Origin: Paragordius varius
Lineage: Eukaryota; Animalia; Nematomorpha
Direction: 5' to 3'
Assembly (NCBI GenBank): GCA_964247055.1
Contig: OZ176055.1
Coordinates: 4,340,001 to 4,404,000 of the forward strand
DNA: 64,000 nt
Positions 62,490 through 64,000 of the stretch are shown piece after piece. Both the position numbers and the translations under genes were made by a program. Below the pieces are notes generated by a model that was given only the letters and a program-made list of their open reading frames with translations, was not told the origin of the DNA and did no database searches. The number at the start of each line of letters is the position of its first letter. The stretch's first letter is position 1.

Positions 62490-64000
62490 ATTTTTAAATT
62501 AATATTAGTAATAAAAAAATATTATATTACCTTAATTTTCTGGAGTAAACGTATAAGCTATTGATATGTGGTATCAATTTGTCTTTTTGATAAAGTTGGC
62601 AGTAGGATGAAGCAAAGTGTATAATCATATTATATAAATTCGGAAAAAAATAAATATTTTTAATTTAAAAGTAAAAAATTTTAATTTAAAATTAATATAG
62701 ATTTTCAAGATAACTAATGATAAAAAAACGGATAAAAAAAATAAATTTTTTATAATAAATTTAAATGTATTTAAAAAATTTTATTTTTTATAATCGTGAA
62801 AAAGCGGGACATTTTAAAAACGTACCGGGACGCGGGACAAAGTGTGAAAAGTGGGACTGTCCCGTCAGCGGAAGGTCTGGTCACCCTACTAATGGATGAA
62901 AATAGCTCAAACTTTGTGATGGCAATGAATGTCTAAAAAAGATAACACAAGAAAGTTTTTTTGATAAAAACACTTATTTATTGCTTTTATGTCATTCAAA
63001 GAGCCATTTTAATTTTTTGTTTTTTTTTAAAAAATTACCATCACATCCATTATTTTCTTTGGAAGGCTTATAATTTTTAAACTTCAAAGACTAGAAATAT
63101 AGTTTAATGTATTGTTGAATTTTATAACCATTATCTAATAAATTTAGAGTTATAGCTATGCATTTTATTCACTAGGTAAAATAGCTATGATAATAATAAT
63201 TTTAATTAAAAAAGCTAACCAAAAGCTTTTTTTTAGATTATTTTTGTATTTTATACTTTAACCAATAATTATATTAAAATAATTTATATGATTTTCAAAT
63301 TAGTTTGTATGTGAAAATTTTTGACTTGTTTAACACATGGATGCAATACATTCATTTCAATCCTTTGATTCAAATAGGGGTAGTTGATACCCGAGGCCTG
63401 TTTAAAATTAAATACTTTAAAAAATATGGAAGGAATTGAAAGCCTAGCGAAATTTTGCACTTAACATTAATAAACCGAAATATATAAAAAATTTATATAA
63501 AAATACTTAATATTACTTATTTTAATATAAAACGCAAAGGCAAAAATTTAGTCCACGTAACATGTCATTGAAATTGAAAAATAACACAAAATACACCACA
63601 TTCTCTATTCCTATCAATGTTAGATGTTTAAATAAAAATTATCTGTAATTTTATCTTTAAAATTAAATCAACACGATATTATGCAAAAATTTTGTAAAAA
63701 AATGCGTCGAAGTAGTTTGACATGGAACTTTTTAAAACAAAATTTTATTTAGATATTTTAACTTATTTATATAGTCTTTTTAGGATGGAGACAAGAAAAC
63801 AAATTGGGATTGTTTCCTTTACTAGTTTTTTGAAAAATCAATTAAATTTAGTTTGGGGTATTTACCCAATTCGAAACGAAGTGTTAAGGGGTTGAAAATT
63901 TTGACCATATAAAGACAAATATAACTTTTAGATCAGATTGATTTAAATGACTAATACTATTCTAAAAATTCAGTTCTTCGTGCTCTCCCGAATGATATAA

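Larger units (their letters stand above)
59726..62888 (-). mobile_element. hAT-Blackjack-type DNA transposon (decayed autonomous copy)
   Basis: TIRs TA(G/A)GGTGACCAGA at both ends with GGGAC/GTCCC subterminal motifs, enclosing a transposase pseudogene. No clean 8-bp target-site duplication. Confidence 0.85.

Overview
A very AT-rich eukaryotic (animal-type) genomic window. By manual six-frame reading I find seven spliced protein-coding genes: an SYCP1-like synaptonemal complex gene (-, truncated at the left edge), ARFRP1 (-), a DHX30-like DExH helicase (-), OGG1 (+), a two-TM neurensin/TMEM74-like gene (-), PLK4 (-) and an SLC26 prestin/pendrin-type anion exchanger (+). Intron sizes are bimodal: many GT-AG micro-introns of 20-28 nt sit beside kb-sized introns filled with transposon debris. 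That architecture recalls myxozoan or dicyemid parasites, but the taxon is an inference only. Mobile DNA includes hAT MITEs, a decayed hAT-Blackjack element with an internal inverted transposase copy, two Mos1-like mariners, TA-flanked MITEs, an RTE-like LINE fragment, foldback elements and a higher-order tandem array. The most striking unexplained structure is a ~550-bp near-perfect palindrome 120 bp upstream of the PLK4 start codon. Each arm carries a minimal type I hammerhead ribozyme motif of the Penelope-like-element kind; the copy on the PLK4 sense strand looks intact and the other is mutated. DHX30 and OGG1 are head-to-head with only 36 nt between their ATGs. Exon coordinates were derived by hand; family names come from recalled motifs, not database searches.
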